NCBI GenBank assembly: GCA_965247115.1
Contig: CBDFGR010000003.1
Span: forward strand, 544,001 to 608,000
Reading direction: 5' to 3'
From: Myxococcota bacterium
GTDB lineage: Bacteria > Myxococcota_A > UBA9160 > SZUA-336
Length of the DNA stretch: 64,000 nt
Shown: positions 36,569-47,030 of the stretch, in pieces
How positions within the stretch are numbered: position 1 is the stretch's first letter
Layout of the letters: each line of letters begins with the position of its first letter
The notes under the pieces: model-generated
Databases searched by the model: none
What the model was told of the DNA's origin: nothing
Seen by the model: only the letters and a program-made list of their open reading frames with translations
Made by a program: the position numbers and the translations under genes

Positions 36569-38241
36569 GTCGGCGGCGCAGGTCCACGACGCTGCTGGCA
36601 CAGCGCCGGCTGCTGGTTCTCGGCGCCGTGATAGTCGCCGGCCTGATCTGCCTGACGCTTCGGGCCACGCACCTGCAGGCGTTGGACGGGGCCCGTCTGG
36701 CGGAGATCGCGCGCCGGCAGGCCGAGGCCACGCTAAAGCTCGGCTCGCTTCGGGCGGAGATTCGAGACCGGAACGGGACGTTGCTGGCAGTCTCGGCCAG
36801 CGTCCACTCCATTGCTGCGTCCCCGAACGCGGTGACGGACCGCGAGCGGACGGCAGCAGCTCTGGGACGGGTGCTGCAGCGGCCCGTCGCCGACGTGCGA
36901 GCACGTCTGACTCACTCTCGGGGCTTCGTCTGGATCAAGCGCTGGGCCACGCCCAGGGAGGCGGATCGGCTCCGCGAGCTCGATCTGGCAGGCATCCACC
37001 TCCACCCCGAACGCCGCCGCTTCTATCCCAACGGCCAGCTTGCCGCCGCGTATCTCGGCTTCGCGGATCGCGATGGCCGTGGCCTCTCGGGTCTGGAGCT
37101 CGTGTTGGACGCGGAGCTGCGGGGCAGTGTGGCCGCCCTGCCTGCCCGGCGCGACGCCAGCGGCAAGATGCTGCTTGCACCGCATTCCTGGGCCGAGGGG
37201 CGTATCGGTCATCCGGTCACGCTCAGTCTCGACGCGCGACTCCAGCACTTTGCCGAACGTGCCCTCGAGCGCGCACTGGAGCGATCCGGTGCGCGGCGAG
37301 GCACGCTCGTCGCGCTCGATCCACGCAACGGCGACCTGCTCGTCGTCGCCGAGGTGCCAGGGTTCGACCCGAACCGCTTCTGGCTCGAAGACCCGGCGCG
37401 CTTCCGCGCTCGCGCCTTCGTCGACGCCTTCGAGCCCGGGAGCACCCTCAAGCCCTTCACGATCGCACTCGCGATCGAAGCGGGCCTGGTCGAGCCGGGG
37501 GAGGAGTTCGATTGCGAAGACGGGAGCTGGCAGGTGCTCGACCGCCGGATTCGCGACTTCAAACCTCACGGGATCCTGGCGGTGCGTGACATCCTGCGGC
37601 TCTCGAGCAACATTGGCGCCGCGAAGATTGCCAACCGGCTCGGCTCGGAGAGACTCGTCGAGGGGCTGCGGCGCTTCGGGTTCGGGGAGCGCACGGGCAG
37701 CGGATTCCCCGGCGAAGCTCCAGGCGTAGTACGCAACCTTGGCGAGGCACAGGCCGTCGAACGTGCGAACCTGGCTTTCGGGCAGGGCTTGAGCGTCACG
37801 GCGCTGCAGCTGGCGAGTGCTGCCGCCGTGCTTGCAAACGGGGGACGTCGCATCACGCCGCGTCTCGTCCAGAACGAGGGCGATGCGATCGACGGCCCCG
37901 GCGAGCGCATCGTCTCCGAGCGCACAGCGGCCACGGTGATGGAGATGCTCCGCGCGGCCGTCGCCAGCGGCACCGGCAGGGCCGCTTCGCTCCCAGACTA
38001 CGAGGTCGCCGGGAAGACCGGGACCGCGCAGAAGGTCGTCAACGGTCGCTACTCGCGCGATCGACACGTCGCATCCTTCCTGGGAATGGTCCCGGCGCTG
38101 AATCCAAGGCTCGTCGTGGCGGTCGTACTAGACGAGCCCCAGCAGGGCTACACGGGTGGCCTGGTGGCCGCCCCGGTCTTCCGCGAGGTTGCCAGCTTCG
38201 CGGTCGAACAGCTCGCGGTACCGGTGGAGGGCGCCGAGTGA
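36565..38241 (+). CDS. ftsI: Peptidoglycan transpeptidase FtsI (PBP3)
   Basis: FEPGSTLK (SxxK), SSN, GKTGTAQK. Confidence 0.95.
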   Translation: MSRRRRSTTLLAQRRLLVLGAVIVAGLICLTLRATHLQALDGARLAEIARRQAEATLKLGSLRAEIRDRNGTLLAVSASVHSIAASPNAVTDRERTAAALGRVLQRPVADVRARLTHSRGFVWIKRWATPREADRLRELDLAGIHLHPERRRFYPNGQLAAAYLGFADRDGRGLSGLELVLDAELRGSVAALPARRDASGKMLLAPHSWAEGRIGHPVTLSLDARLQHFAERALERALERSGARRGTLVALDPRNGDLLVVAEVPGFDPNRFWLEDPARFRARAFVDAFEPGSTLKPFTIALAIEAGLVEPGEEFDCEDGSWQVLDRRIRDFKPHGILAVRDILRLSSNIGAAKIANRLGSERLVEGLRRFGFGERTGSGFPGEAPGVVRNLGEAQAVERANLAFGQGLSVTALQLASAAAVLANGGRRITPRLVQNEGDAIDGPGERIVSERTAATVMEMLRAAVASGTGRAASLPDYEVAGKTGTAQKVVNGRYSRDRHVASFLGMVPALNPRLVVAVVLDEPQQGYTGGLVAAPVFREVASFAVEQLAVPVEGAE

Positions 38242-39710
38242 AGTCGCTCGAGGAGCTTGTTCGGGGCCTGGGGACGCGCTTCGACGGCGCCGCCGACACG
38301 CCGATTGCCGAGATCTGCACCGACTCGCGCAAGGTGACGCCCGGTGCCCTCTTTGTAGCGCTGCGGGGGGCCACGACCGACGGGCACCGCTACGCCGCAA
38401 GGGCGCTCCGGCAGGGGGCTGCGGCACTCCTTGCGGAGCAGGTCGTCCCTGGACTCCCGGCCGACGTGCCCACGGCCTACGTCCACGACACCCGCGCGGC
38501 GCTACCGGAGGTGGCCGCGCGCTTCTTCGGCAGACCCGCAGCGGCCATGACCCTGGTAGGCGTCACGGGAACGAACGGCAAGACGAGCACAGTACACATG
38601 ATCGAGTCGATCTTGCAGAGCGCCGGCCAACGTGTCGGAAGCATCGGAACCATCTGCGTCCGGGGCCCGGGGTTCCAGGAGGCCGCGTCCCTCACCACAC
38701 CCGAGTCCGTAGATCTGCAGCGCACACTGGCGCGTATGCGCGAAGCCGGCGTCGATGTCGTCGCGCTCGAGGTCTCCTCGCACAGCATCGCGCTGGGCAG
38801 GATCCGTACGCTGCGTTTCGCCGCCTCCGTCTATACGCACCTGAGCCAGGACCACCTGGACTTCCACCGCGACATGGACGAGTACGCCGCGACCAAGGCC
38901 GAGCTCTTCGGGCCCGAGTACCTCGAGGGGACAGGCGTGCTGAACGCGCGCGATTCGCACACCCGACGACTGATCGAGCGAGCGCGGTCTGCAGGACGCC
39001 CGGTCAAGACCTACGCGCGCGGCCAGGACACTCCGGCGGACCTGTTCACGACTACCGAGCAGATCGCGCTCGAGGGCTCGCAGCTTCGAGTCGCGGACTC
39101 GGAGGGAGAACGCTCGCTGCAGCTCGCACTCGCCGGTGAGTTCCAGATCGAGAACGCGCTCGCCGCAGCAGCCACGGCGCGCGTCCTCGGCGTCGACTGG
39201 GCCTCGATCGAGGCCGGACTGGCGGGCTGTCCCCCAATCCCGGGTCGCCTGGAGCGCGTGCGCGACGGGAAGCCGATCGTGCTCGTGGACTACGCGCACA
39301 CGCCGGGCGCGCTCGATCGCGTGCTCGAGTCCGTCAGACCCCTCGTCTCCGGCAGCCTCATCAGCGTATTCGGCTGCGGTGGGGATCGAGATCGCAGCAA
39401 GCGCGTCCCGATGGCGCGGGCGGCCTGCTCGCACAGCGACCTGTGCATCGCGACGAGCGACAACCCGCGCACGGAGGATCCAGAGAAGATCCTGCGCGAC
39501 GTCGCCGAGGGGCTCTCGGGCGCATTCGAGATCGAGGTCGACCGACGAGCTGCCATCCGCGGCGCCATCCGCCGCGCGAAGCCCGATGACGTGATCGTGA
39601 TCGCGGGCAAGGGCCACGAGAACTACCAGATCCTGGGGCATGAGAAGGTCGAGTTCGACGATCGCGTCGAGGCACGCCGCGCGCTGGCGGAGCGCGAGGA
39701 AGCTACGTGA
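38238..39710 (+). CDS. murE: MurE ligase, meso-DAP type
   Basis: GTNGKTS, LTTPE, EVSSH, DYAHTP, SDNPRTE, AGKGHE. Confidence 0.96.
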   Translation: MKSLEELVRGLGTRFDGAADTPIAEICTDSRKVTPGALFVALRGATTDGHRYAARALRQGAAALLAEQVVPGLPADVPTAYVHDTRAALPEVAARFFGRPAAAMTLVGVTGTNGKTSTVHMIESILQSAGQRVGSIGTICVRGPGFQEAASLTTPESVDLQRTLARMREAGVDVVALEVSSHSIALGRIRTLRFAASVYTHLSQDHLDFHRDMDEYAATKAELFGPEYLEGTGVLNARDSHTRRLIERARSAGRPVKTYARGQDTPADLFTTTEQIALEGSQLRVADSEGERSLQLALAGEFQIENALAAAATARVLGVDWASIEAGLAGCPPIPGRLERVRDGKPIVLVDYAHTPGALDRVLESVRPLVSGSLISVFGCGGDRDRSKRVPMARAACSHSDLCIATSDNPRTEDPEKILRDVAEGLSGAFEIEVDRRAAIRGAIRRAKPDDVIVIAGKGHENYQILGHEKVEFDDRVEARRALAEREEAT

Positions 39711-41080
39711 GCTGGACGCTTGGCGAGCTGGCAGGCTTCTGCGACGGCGCGCTGGACGGCGAGGCCGGAGCGATCGTGAGCGGCGTATCCACCGACTCAC
39801 GCAGCATCGGGGACAGTGAGCTCTTCGTCGCGGTTCGCGGCGACACCTTCGACGGACATGACTACGCGGTAGAGGCGCTCGAGCGGGGCGCTGCCGCCGT
39901 GCTGCTGTCTCGCGCCCTGGACCTCCCCGGTGCGACGATCCGTGTGGACAACACCGTCGTCGCGCTGGGAGCGCTGGGATCTGCGCACCGCGAGCGCTTC
40001 GCCGGCCCGGTCGTGGCCATCACGGGCTCGAACGGCAAGACGACGACCAAGGAGATGTGCGCTGGAATTCTGGCAGCGAGTGGGCTGCGTGTTCGCCACA
40101 GTCCCGGGAATCTGAACAACCACATCGGGCTGCCCCTCTCGCTTCTCGGGCTCGAGCTCGAAGACGACGTGCTCGTGGTCGAGCTCGGCATGAACCACGA
40201 GGGCGAGATCGCACAGCTCGCCCGCATCGCCTCTCCCACCGTGGGTGCGATCACGAATGTTGCCCCCGCCCACCTGGGACCGCTCGGCTCGCTGGCGGCG
40301 ATCGCACGCGCAAAAGGTGAGCTCTTCGACGAGATCCGCCCCAACGGCACGGCCGTCGTCAACGCCGACGACCCGCACTGCGTCGAGCAGTCCGAGCGCT
40401 TTGCCGGGCGCAGGCTGAGCTTTGCTCGGAAGGTCGACGCTGACTTCCGCGCCCGAGAAACCGCGTCGACCCGCAAGGGCGAGAGCTTCGAGCTGGAGAC
40501 CGAGGCCGGGCAGTGCCGTGTGGAGCTCCGCGCTCCCGGCACACACCTGATCGAAGACGCCCTGTGCGCCGCCACCGCGGCCATGGCCACGGGCCTGCTT
40601 GCCAGCGAGCCGCTGCAGAGCATGCGCCGCGGTCTGGAGCAGTTCGAGCCCATCGACGGACGCCTGAGGCCGAGGACCACGCCCGGCGGCCTGACGCTGT
40701 TCGACGACACCTACAACGCAAACCCCGAGTCGGTAGCGGCGGCGCTGTCCACGCTCGCGGCCCACAGCTGCGGCGGTCGCTCCGTCGCCGTGCTCGGCGA
40801 CATGCTCGAGCTCGGTCCAAGCTCGGCGGTCCTGCACGCGAACGTCGGCAGGGAGGCCGCCGCGCGCGGCATCCAGCTGCTCGTAGCGGTGGGACCGCTC
40901 TCTGCGCACACCGCCCACGCGGCGGCCGCTTCGGGCGTGAGCGAGACGATCGAGCTGGACGCAGACAGCGCGCCCGCACGCGTGCGCGAGCTCGTCCGTC
41001 CCGGCGATATCGTGCTCGTCAAGGGCTCGCGCGGCATGCGCATGGAGCGCGTGGTGGACGCGCTCATGGATCCGGACTGA
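39707..41080 (+). CDS. murF: MurF ligase
   Basis: TGSNGKTTTKE, NLNNHIG, ELGMNHEGEI, DTYNANP, KGSRGM. Confidence 0.96.
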   Translation: MSWTLGELAGFCDGALDGEAGAIVSGVSTDSRSIGDSELFVAVRGDTFDGHDYAVEALERGAAAVLLSRALDLPGATIRVDNTVVALGALGSAHRERFAGPVVAITGSNGKTTTKEMCAGILAASGLRVRHSPGNLNNHIGLPLSLLGLELEDDVLVVELGMNHEGEIAQLARIASPTVGAITNVAPAHLGPLGSLAAIARAKGELFDEIRPNGTAVVNADDPHCVEQSERFAGRRLSFARKVDADFRARETASTRKGESFELETEAGQCRVELRAPGTHLIEDALCAATAAMATGLLASEPLQSMRRGLEQFEPIDGRLRPRTTPGGLTLFDDTYNANPESVAAALSTLAAHSCGGRSVAVLGDMLELGPSSAVLHANVGREAAARGIQLLVAVGPLSAHTAHAAAASGVSETIELDADSAPARVRELVRPGDIVLVKGSRGMRMERVVDALMDPD

Positions 41081-42159
41081 TGCTGTACCACCTCCTCTTC
41101 GAGCAGCTGGCCGGCCAGTTCTCGGCACTGAACGTCTTTCGCTATCTCACGTTTCGCTCGGTCGGCTCCGCGCTCACGGCCCTGCTCATCGCGTTCATCG
41201 TCGGCCCGACCCTGATCAAGTGGCTCGAGAGCCGACAGGTCGGGCAGACGATCCGGGACGATCCTCCCGAACGTCACCAGGAGAAGGCCGGAACGCCCAC
41301 CATGGGGGGCGTACTGATCCTGCTCGCCGTCCTGACGAGCACGCTGCTCTGGGCCGAATGGACGAACCCGTACGTGTGGATCGTGGTGGGCGTGACCGTG
41401 GGCTGCGGTCTGCTCGGGTTCGCGGACGATTACACGAAAGCGGTGCGCAAGCAGCCCGCCGGGATTCGCGCCCGCACCAAGCTGCTCTGGCAGATCGCCA
41501 TCGCCTGCGTGGCCACGATCGTGCTGTTCCGGCTGCCCGGCTTCGACGCACAGATTTCGCTCCCGCTCGTAAAGGATTTCCACCCCTCCATCGGCTGGCT
41601 GTACGTGCCCTTCGCCGTCGTGTTCATCGTGGGGTTCTCCAACGCCGTCAACCTGACAGATGGCCTGGACGGCCTCGCCATCGGACCGACCATGATCACG
41701 GCGGGGGTGATCGGGCTCTTCGCCTACGTCGTGGGCAACAGCGTGATCGCCAGCTACCTCGAGCTCAAATACGTGCCGGGCGTCGGCAGCCTCGCGATCA
41801 TCTGCACGGCGCTGATCGGAGCCGGGCTCGGCTTCTTGTGGTTCAACACCTACCCCGCCTCCCTGATCATGGGAGACACGGGCGCTCTCGCCCTGGGCGG
41901 AGCCCTCAGCACCGTGGCCGTGATCATCCGCCAGGAGGTCGTGCTCGCCGTTGCCGGCGGCATCTTCCTGGTCGAGATGTTCTCCGTCATCGTGCAAGTG
42001 GCCTCGTACAAGCTGCGTCGGCGGCGCGTCTTCCGCATGGCGCCCATCCACCATCACTACGAGCTCCGAGGCTGGCCGGAGCCGCAGATCATCGTCCGCT
42101 TCTGGATCGTGTCGGTGATCCTGGGGCTCGTTGCAGTCTCGACGTTGAAGCTGCGATGA
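41080..42159 (+). CDS. mraY: Phospho-MurNAc-pentapeptide transferase MraY
   Basis: GTPTMGG, ADDY, NAVNLTDGLDG, MGDTG, MAPIHHHYE. Confidence 0.97.
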   Translation: MLYHLLFEQLAGQFSALNVFRYLTFRSVGSALTALLIAFIVGPTLIKWLESRQVGQTIRDDPPERHQEKAGTPTMGGVLILLAVLTSTLLWAEWTNPYVWIVVGVTVGCGLLGFADDYTKAVRKQPAGIRARTKLLWQIAIACVATIVLFRLPGFDAQISLPLVKDFHPSIGWLYVPFAVVFIVGFSNAVNLTDGLDGLAIGPTMITAGVIGLFAYVVGNSVIASYLELKYVPGVGSLAIICTALIGAGLGFLWFNTYPASLIMGDTGALALGGALSTVAVIIRQEVVLAVAGGIFLVEMFSVIVQVASYKLRRRRVFRMAPIHHHYELRGWPEPQIIVRFWIVSVILGLVAVSTLKLR

Positions 42160-43481
42160 GCTACGAGAACCGACACGTTCTGGTGCTGGGGATGGGCCGC
42201 TCGGGCGCAGCAGCACTCGAGCTGTTGTTGCGCAACGGCGCGCGCGTCAGCGCGTACGATCGCGATCCCGCAGCACTCGCCGATCTTCCAGCAGCGGCGT
42301 CGAGGATCGACCAGGCCGAGCTCCCCGAGTTCTCCGACTACGACGCGGTGATCGCAAGCCCGGGGTTCGCGCTCTCTTCCGCCCAGGAGCTGATGCCCGA
42401 GGTGGATCTCGCGGCGGAGTTCCTGGACCTCCCGATCGTCGGCGTGACGGGCACGAACGGCAAGAGCACCGTCACCGTGATGATTGGCGAGATGCTGCGG
42501 GCGAGCGGCCTCGAGACGGGCGTTGGAGGCAACCTCGGGACCCCGCTCTGTACGTTCGTCGACCAGCCCGAGCTCGAGTGTCTCGTGGCGGAGCTCTCGA
42601 GCTTTCAGCTCGAGCACGCGTGCAAGCTTCGGGTTCGGGTCGCCGTGCTGACAAATCTGGCACCAGACCATCTCGACCGTCACGAGAGCTACGAAGCCTA
42701 CGGAGCCGCGAAAGCCCGCCTCGCCGAGCTCCAGGGCCCCGACGACACCTTGGTCGCGAACCTGGACGACTCCTGGGCGGAACAGGTGGCGCGCTCGGCG
42801 CCCGCTCGGTCGTTCGGTTTCTCGGAACGGCGTGCGCTCGATCAGGGCGCGTTCGTCGACGACTCGGCACTCGTCGTCGTACGCGATGGCGCGGTGCGGC
42901 TTCGCGTAGCGCTCGCAGCGCTCTCGAGTGCGGCGCGCGCTCCACTCGCGAACGCGCTCGCGGCCTGCGCCGCAGCCGTCGCGATGGAGGCGGAGCCGGA
43001 AGCCATCGCCGGAGTCCTGGCGAGCTTCCGGGGCTTGCCACACCGGGTCTCGGAGGTCTGCATCCGCAACGGCGTTCGCTACGTCGACGACTCCAAGGCC
43101 ACGAACCCCGCCGCAGCAGTAGCCAGCCTGAGCGCGCAGGAAGCACCCGTCGTGTGGATCGCGGGAGGTCGCAACAAGGGCCTCGAGTTCTCGCCTCTGG
43201 TCCCCGCCGCCAGCCGCGCGCGGGCAGTGGTCGTCTACGGCGAGTCCGCAACTGAGCTGGCCCGCACCTTCGCGGGCACGACCAACGTCGTCACGAGCTG
43301 CAAGCTCGAGAGCGCCGTGCGCGAGGCCGCTGCCCGCGCGCAGCCTGGCGACGTCGTGCTACTCGCACCCGCCTGTGCAAGCCACGACCAGTTTCGCTCG
43401 TACGAAGAGCGCGGCGACCGCTTCGCCGAGCTGGTACGTGCGCTCCCCGAGAGCGGTGCCGCAGGGGGCGAGACGTGCTGA
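42156..43481 (+). CDS. murD: MurD ligase
   Basis: GMGRSG, TGTNGKST, ELSSFQLE, DDSKATN, PACASHDQF. Confidence 0.96.
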   Translation: MSYENRHVLVLGMGRSGAAALELLLRNGARVSAYDRDPAALADLPAAASRIDQAELPEFSDYDAVIASPGFALSSAQELMPEVDLAAEFLDLPIVGVTGTNGKSTVTVMIGEMLRASGLETGVGGNLGTPLCTFVDQPELECLVAELSSFQLEHACKLRVRVAVLTNLAPDHLDRHESYEAYGAAKARLAELQGPDDTLVANLDDSWAEQVARSAPARSFGFSERRALDQGAFVDDSALVVVRDGAVRLRVALAALSSAARAPLANALAACAAAVAMEAEPEAIAGVLASFRGLPHRVSEVCIRNGVRYVDDSKATNPAAAVASLSAQEAPVVWIAGGRNKGLEFSPLVPAASRARAVVVYGESATELARTFAGTTNVVTSCKLESAVREAAARAQPGDVVLLAPACASHDQFRSYEERGDRFAELVRALPESGAAGGETC

Positions 43482-44584
43482 GCCGGCTCGGAACGCAGCA
43501 GCTGATCGTCGCAGCCACCCTCCTGCTGGGCGGCGGCATCGTCATGATCTACAGCGCCAGCGCCGTCCGCTCCGAGCTCATCTTCGGCAGCTCCTGGGTG
43601 TACGTCGGGCGCCAGCTCGCGGGACTGGGGCTCGGCGTGGTGGGCGCCCTGGTGCTGGCCACGATCCCGCTCGAGTGGTTGCGGCGCCTGGGCTACGTCG
43701 CATACGCCGGCGCGCTCATCGCGTTGATCGCGACGCTGGGCCCGTGGGGCGCGACCGAGAACGGCGCCAGGCGCTGGCTCTCGCTCGGTGTCGTCACCTT
43801 CCAGCCGCTCGAGCTCGCCAAGCTCGGTCTGGTTCTCGGACTGGCGCAGTGGCTGTCGGCTCGCAGTGAGCGGATGCACGACTTTCGCGTCAGCATCCTC
43901 GTGCCCGGGCTGTTCGCGCTGGTGCCCGCCATCGTTCTCCTGCAGCAGCCCGACTTCGGGGGCGCCTCGCTCGTTCTGCTGTTCACCGCCGCCATGATCT
44001 ATGCAGCGGGCGCGCGCCTCGACCATCTTGCCGTCACCGGACTGGTCACGGTTCCCGCCATCTTCGCTGTCGCGCTCCTCGCCGACTACCGCCTGCATCG
44101 TTTCAAGGGCTTCGTCGACCCGTGGGCAGACCCGCTGGGTGGCGGCTACCAGCTCATTCAGTCCCAGCTCGGCTTCGGGGCGGGCGGACTCTTCGGCGCG
44201 GGCTTCGGTGCCGGTCAGCAAAAACTGGGCTACCTGCCCGAGGCCCACACCGACTTCATCCTGTCTGTGATCGGCGAAGAGACCGGCTTGCTCGGCGTGG
44301 TCTGCGTTCTCGTCTGTCTCGCCATCATCGGGCTGGCATCCCTCGGCATCGCCGCGCGCGCCAAGACGCCGTTCGCCCGGCTTGTTGCCGTAGGCGCGAG
44401 CCTGTTGTTCTGGCTTCAGGGAATGCTCAACGCGGGCGTCGCCATGGGTCTGCTCCCTACCAAAGGAACGACGCTCCCACTCGTCTCCTACGGCGGCACA
44501 TCCCTGGCCGTCAGCCTGGCCGCGTTCGGGCTGCTGCTGAACGTCGCGCGCCCCAGCCGGCGCGGGAGGAAGGGATGGCGCTGA
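43475..44584 (+). CDS. ftsW: SEDS glycosyltransferase FtsW
   Basis: NGARRW, FQPLELAK, QPDFG, LPEAHTDFI, LPLVSYGGTS. Confidence 0.96.
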   Translation: MLSRLGTQQLIVAATLLLGGGIVMIYSASAVRSELIFGSSWVYVGRQLAGLGLGVVGALVLATIPLEWLRRLGYVAYAGALIALIATLGPWGATENGARRWLSLGVVTFQPLELAKLGLVLGLAQWLSARSERMHDFRVSILVPGLFALVPAIVLLQQPDFGGASLVLLFTAAMIYAAGARLDHLAVTGLVTVPAIFAVALLADYRLHRFKGFVDPWADPLGGGYQLIQSQLGFGAGGLFGAGFGAGQQKLGYLPEAHTDFILSVIGEETGLLGVVCVLVCLAIIGLASLGIAARAKTPFARLVAVGASLLFWLQGMLNAGVAMGLLPTKGTTLPLVSYGGTSLAVSLAAFGLLLNVARPSRRGRKGWR

Positions 44585-45654
44585 CGGTGGTGTTCGCGGG
44601 TGGGGGCACGGGCGGCCACATCTCCCCGGCGCTGGCGCTGGCCCAGACGATTCGTCGACGCGAGCCCGACGCGAGCCTGCGCTTCATCGGATCGGAGCGG
44701 GGACTCGAGCGCACGCAGGTGCAAGGTGCCGGCTTTCCCATCGACCTGGTTCCGAGCAGACAGGTCCTGGGGCGTGGCGCGTTGGGGACGGTTGCCGCCG
44801 TCCTTGCCGCAGCGCGCGGGATCGTTCGCGCGCTCTCGCTCCTGCGCAAAGCGAGCCCCGCGCTGGTGATCGGCGTGGGTGGGTACGCGTCGGTTCCCAC
44901 TGTGGTCGCCGCCCGCCTCCGCGGGATCCCGATCGTCCTGCTCGAGCCCGACGCCCTGCCCGGACGCGCGAACCGTCTCCTGGCTCGCATTGCCCGACGC
45001 ATCTTCGTGCAGTTCGACGCGGCACTGGAGCACCTGCCGCAGGGGCGTGGTCTGCTCACGGGCCTGCCCGTACGCGAGCTCCCCCCAAGGACGGACGCTG
45101 GGACAACCGCGGAGTGCCACGTCGTGATCACCGGCGGGAGTCAGGGTGCGCGCTCCCTCAACCGTGCCATGAGCGCTGCGCTTCCCCGGCTGGTTTCCCT
45201 GGCCAAGCTCCGGATCACCCACCAGACCGGCGAAGCAGACGTGGACCAGGTCAGAGACGCCTACAGGGCAGCTGGCGTGGAGGCCGAGGTCGCGGCGTTC
45301 TTCGACGATCTGCACGCGCTCATCGCCGCTGCGGACCTGGTCGTCGCACGCGCGGGCGCAAACACCTGCGCCGAGCTCTGCATCGCCCACACGGCATCCA
45401 TCCTGGTGCCCTACCCCTTCGCGGCGAACGACCATCAGACCGCGAACGCCCGCGACCTGGAGCGTTCGGGGGCGTGCGTGGTAATCCCGGACTCGGAGCT
45501 AGACACACGGCTCGCAGACGAGGTCCTCGCACTCGTCTGCAACCCGGAGCGGCGCAGCGAGCTGGCAGACTCCGCGGCCGCGCGCGCTCGCCCCGATGCT
45601 GCGGAGCGGATCTGGGCGGAGTGCAGCGCGCTCATCGAGGAGTCGAGACGATGA
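44575..45654 (+). CDS. murG: MurG glycosyltransferase
   Basis: AGGGTGGHISP, GGYAS, GGSQGA, RAGA, HQTANA. Confidence 0.96.
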   Translation: MALTVVFAGGGTGGHISPALALAQTIRRREPDASLRFIGSERGLERTQVQGAGFPIDLVPSRQVLGRGALGTVAAVLAAARGIVRALSLLRKASPALVIGVGGYASVPTVVAARLRGIPIVLLEPDALPGRANRLLARIARRIFVQFDAALEHLPQGRGLLTGLPVRELPPRTDAGTTAECHVVITGGSQGARSLNRAMSAALPRLVSLAKLRITHQTGEADVDQVRDAYRAAGVEAEVAAFFDDLHALIAAADLVVARAGANTCAELCIAHTASILVPYPFAANDHQTANARDLERSGACVVIPDSELDTRLADEVLALVCNPERRSELADSAAARARPDAAERIWAECSALIEESRR

Positions 45655-47030
45655 GACACCGCGTGCAGCACGTGCACTTCGTCGGCATCGGCGGCGTCGG
45701 GATGTGCGGTCTCGCGGAGATCCTGCATGTGAGCGGCTACTCGGTGTCGGGCTCCGATATGCGCGAGAACGCAATGACGCTCCGGCTCCAGGAGCTTGGG
45801 GTGCGCGTCTCGATCGGCCACCAGGCCGCAGCGATCAGAGAGGCCGACGTCGTGGTCTACTCCTCCGCGATCCGCGGCACGAACCCGGAGCTCGTCGCAG
45901 CGGACGAGCAGGGGATCCCGGTGATTCCGCGCGCCGAGATGCTGGCCGAGCTCATGCGGATGAAGTACGGCATCGCCATCGCGGGCTCGCACGGCAAGAC
46001 AACGACGACCTCGCTCGTCGGGGCCGTGCTCGCAGCCGGCGAGCTCGACCCGACGACGATCGTGGGCGGGATGGTCAAGAGTCTTGGTGCGAACTCGCAG
46101 CTCGGCGCAGGGGACATCCTGGTAGCAGAGGCGGACGAGAGCGACGGGTCGTTTCTGCGCCTGGTGCCGACAGTGGTTGTCATCACCAACGTGGATCGCG
46201 AGCATCTCGAGCACTACGGCAGCTACGAGAGGCTGGAGCGCTCGTTTCTCGACTTTGCGAACCGCGTGCCGTTTTACGGCGTGAGCGTGCTGTGCCTGGA
46301 CGACCCCGGAGTGCAGCGTCTGCTGCCCGAGATCTCCCGGCGCACGATCACCTACGGACTGTCGGCGCAGGCGGACGTCGGTGCTGAGCGGATCGTGCCG
46401 CAGGGTCTGGCGACCCGCTTTCGACCACGCGCTCGGGGAGAATCCTTGGGCGAGCTGCGGCTCGCGATGCCGGGGGAGCACAACGTGACAAACGCGCTCG
46501 CAGCACTCGCCGTCGGCCTGGAGTTCGGCGTTCCCTACGAGCGCATCAAGGCCGCGCTCGAGGAGTTCCGGGGAGTCGGGCGCCGCTTCGAGATCCTCGG
46601 CGAGCGCGCTGGCGTACTCGTGATTGACGACTATGCGCACCACCCAGCGGAGATCCGGGCCACGCTCGCCGCAGCCCGGCAGGGCCTCGGGCGGCGCCTG
46701 ATCGCAGTCTTTCAGCCGCACCGCTACACGCGGACGCGCGACCTGTTCGACGACCTCGCCCGCGCGTTTCACGACGCGGACCGGCTCTTGCTGATCGATA
46801 TCTATGCGGCTGGCGAGGAGAAGCTCGCCGGCGTGTCCGCGAGCGCGCTCGCCGAGGCAGCCCGGGAGTTCGGCCACCAGGGGGTGCACTTCGTGGCGGA
46901 GAGGGAGGAGCTCCTCGCCTCGCTGCGGGAGGTCATAGAGCCCGGCGACGCCGTGATCTTCATGGGTGCCGGAGACATCGGCCGGCTCGCACACGCATTC
47001 GCAAGCGGCGGGGAGGGCTCAACCGATTGA
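45651..47030 (+). CDS. murC: MurC ligase
   Basis: GIGGVGM, GSHGKTTT, EADESDGSF, DDYAHHP, FQPHRYTRT. Confidence 0.97.
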   Translation: MRHRVQHVHFVGIGGVGMCGLAEILHVSGYSVSGSDMRENAMTLRLQELGVRVSIGHQAAAIREADVVVYSSAIRGTNPELVAADEQGIPVIPRAEMLAELMRMKYGIAIAGSHGKTTTTSLVGAVLAAGELDPTTIVGGMVKSLGANSQLGAGDILVAEADESDGSFLRLVPTVVVITNVDREHLEHYGSYERLERSFLDFANRVPFYGVSVLCLDDPGVQRLLPEISRRTITYGLSAQADVGAERIVPQGLATRFRPRARGESLGELRLAMPGEHNVTNALAALAVGLEFGVPYERIKAALEEFRGVGRRFEILGERAGVLVIDDYAHHPAEIRATLAAARQGLGRRLIAVFQPHRYTRTRDLFDDLARAFHDADRLLLIDIYAAGEEKLAGVSASALAEAAREFGHQGVHFVAEREELLASLREVIEPGDAVIFMGAGDIGRLAHAFASGGEGSTD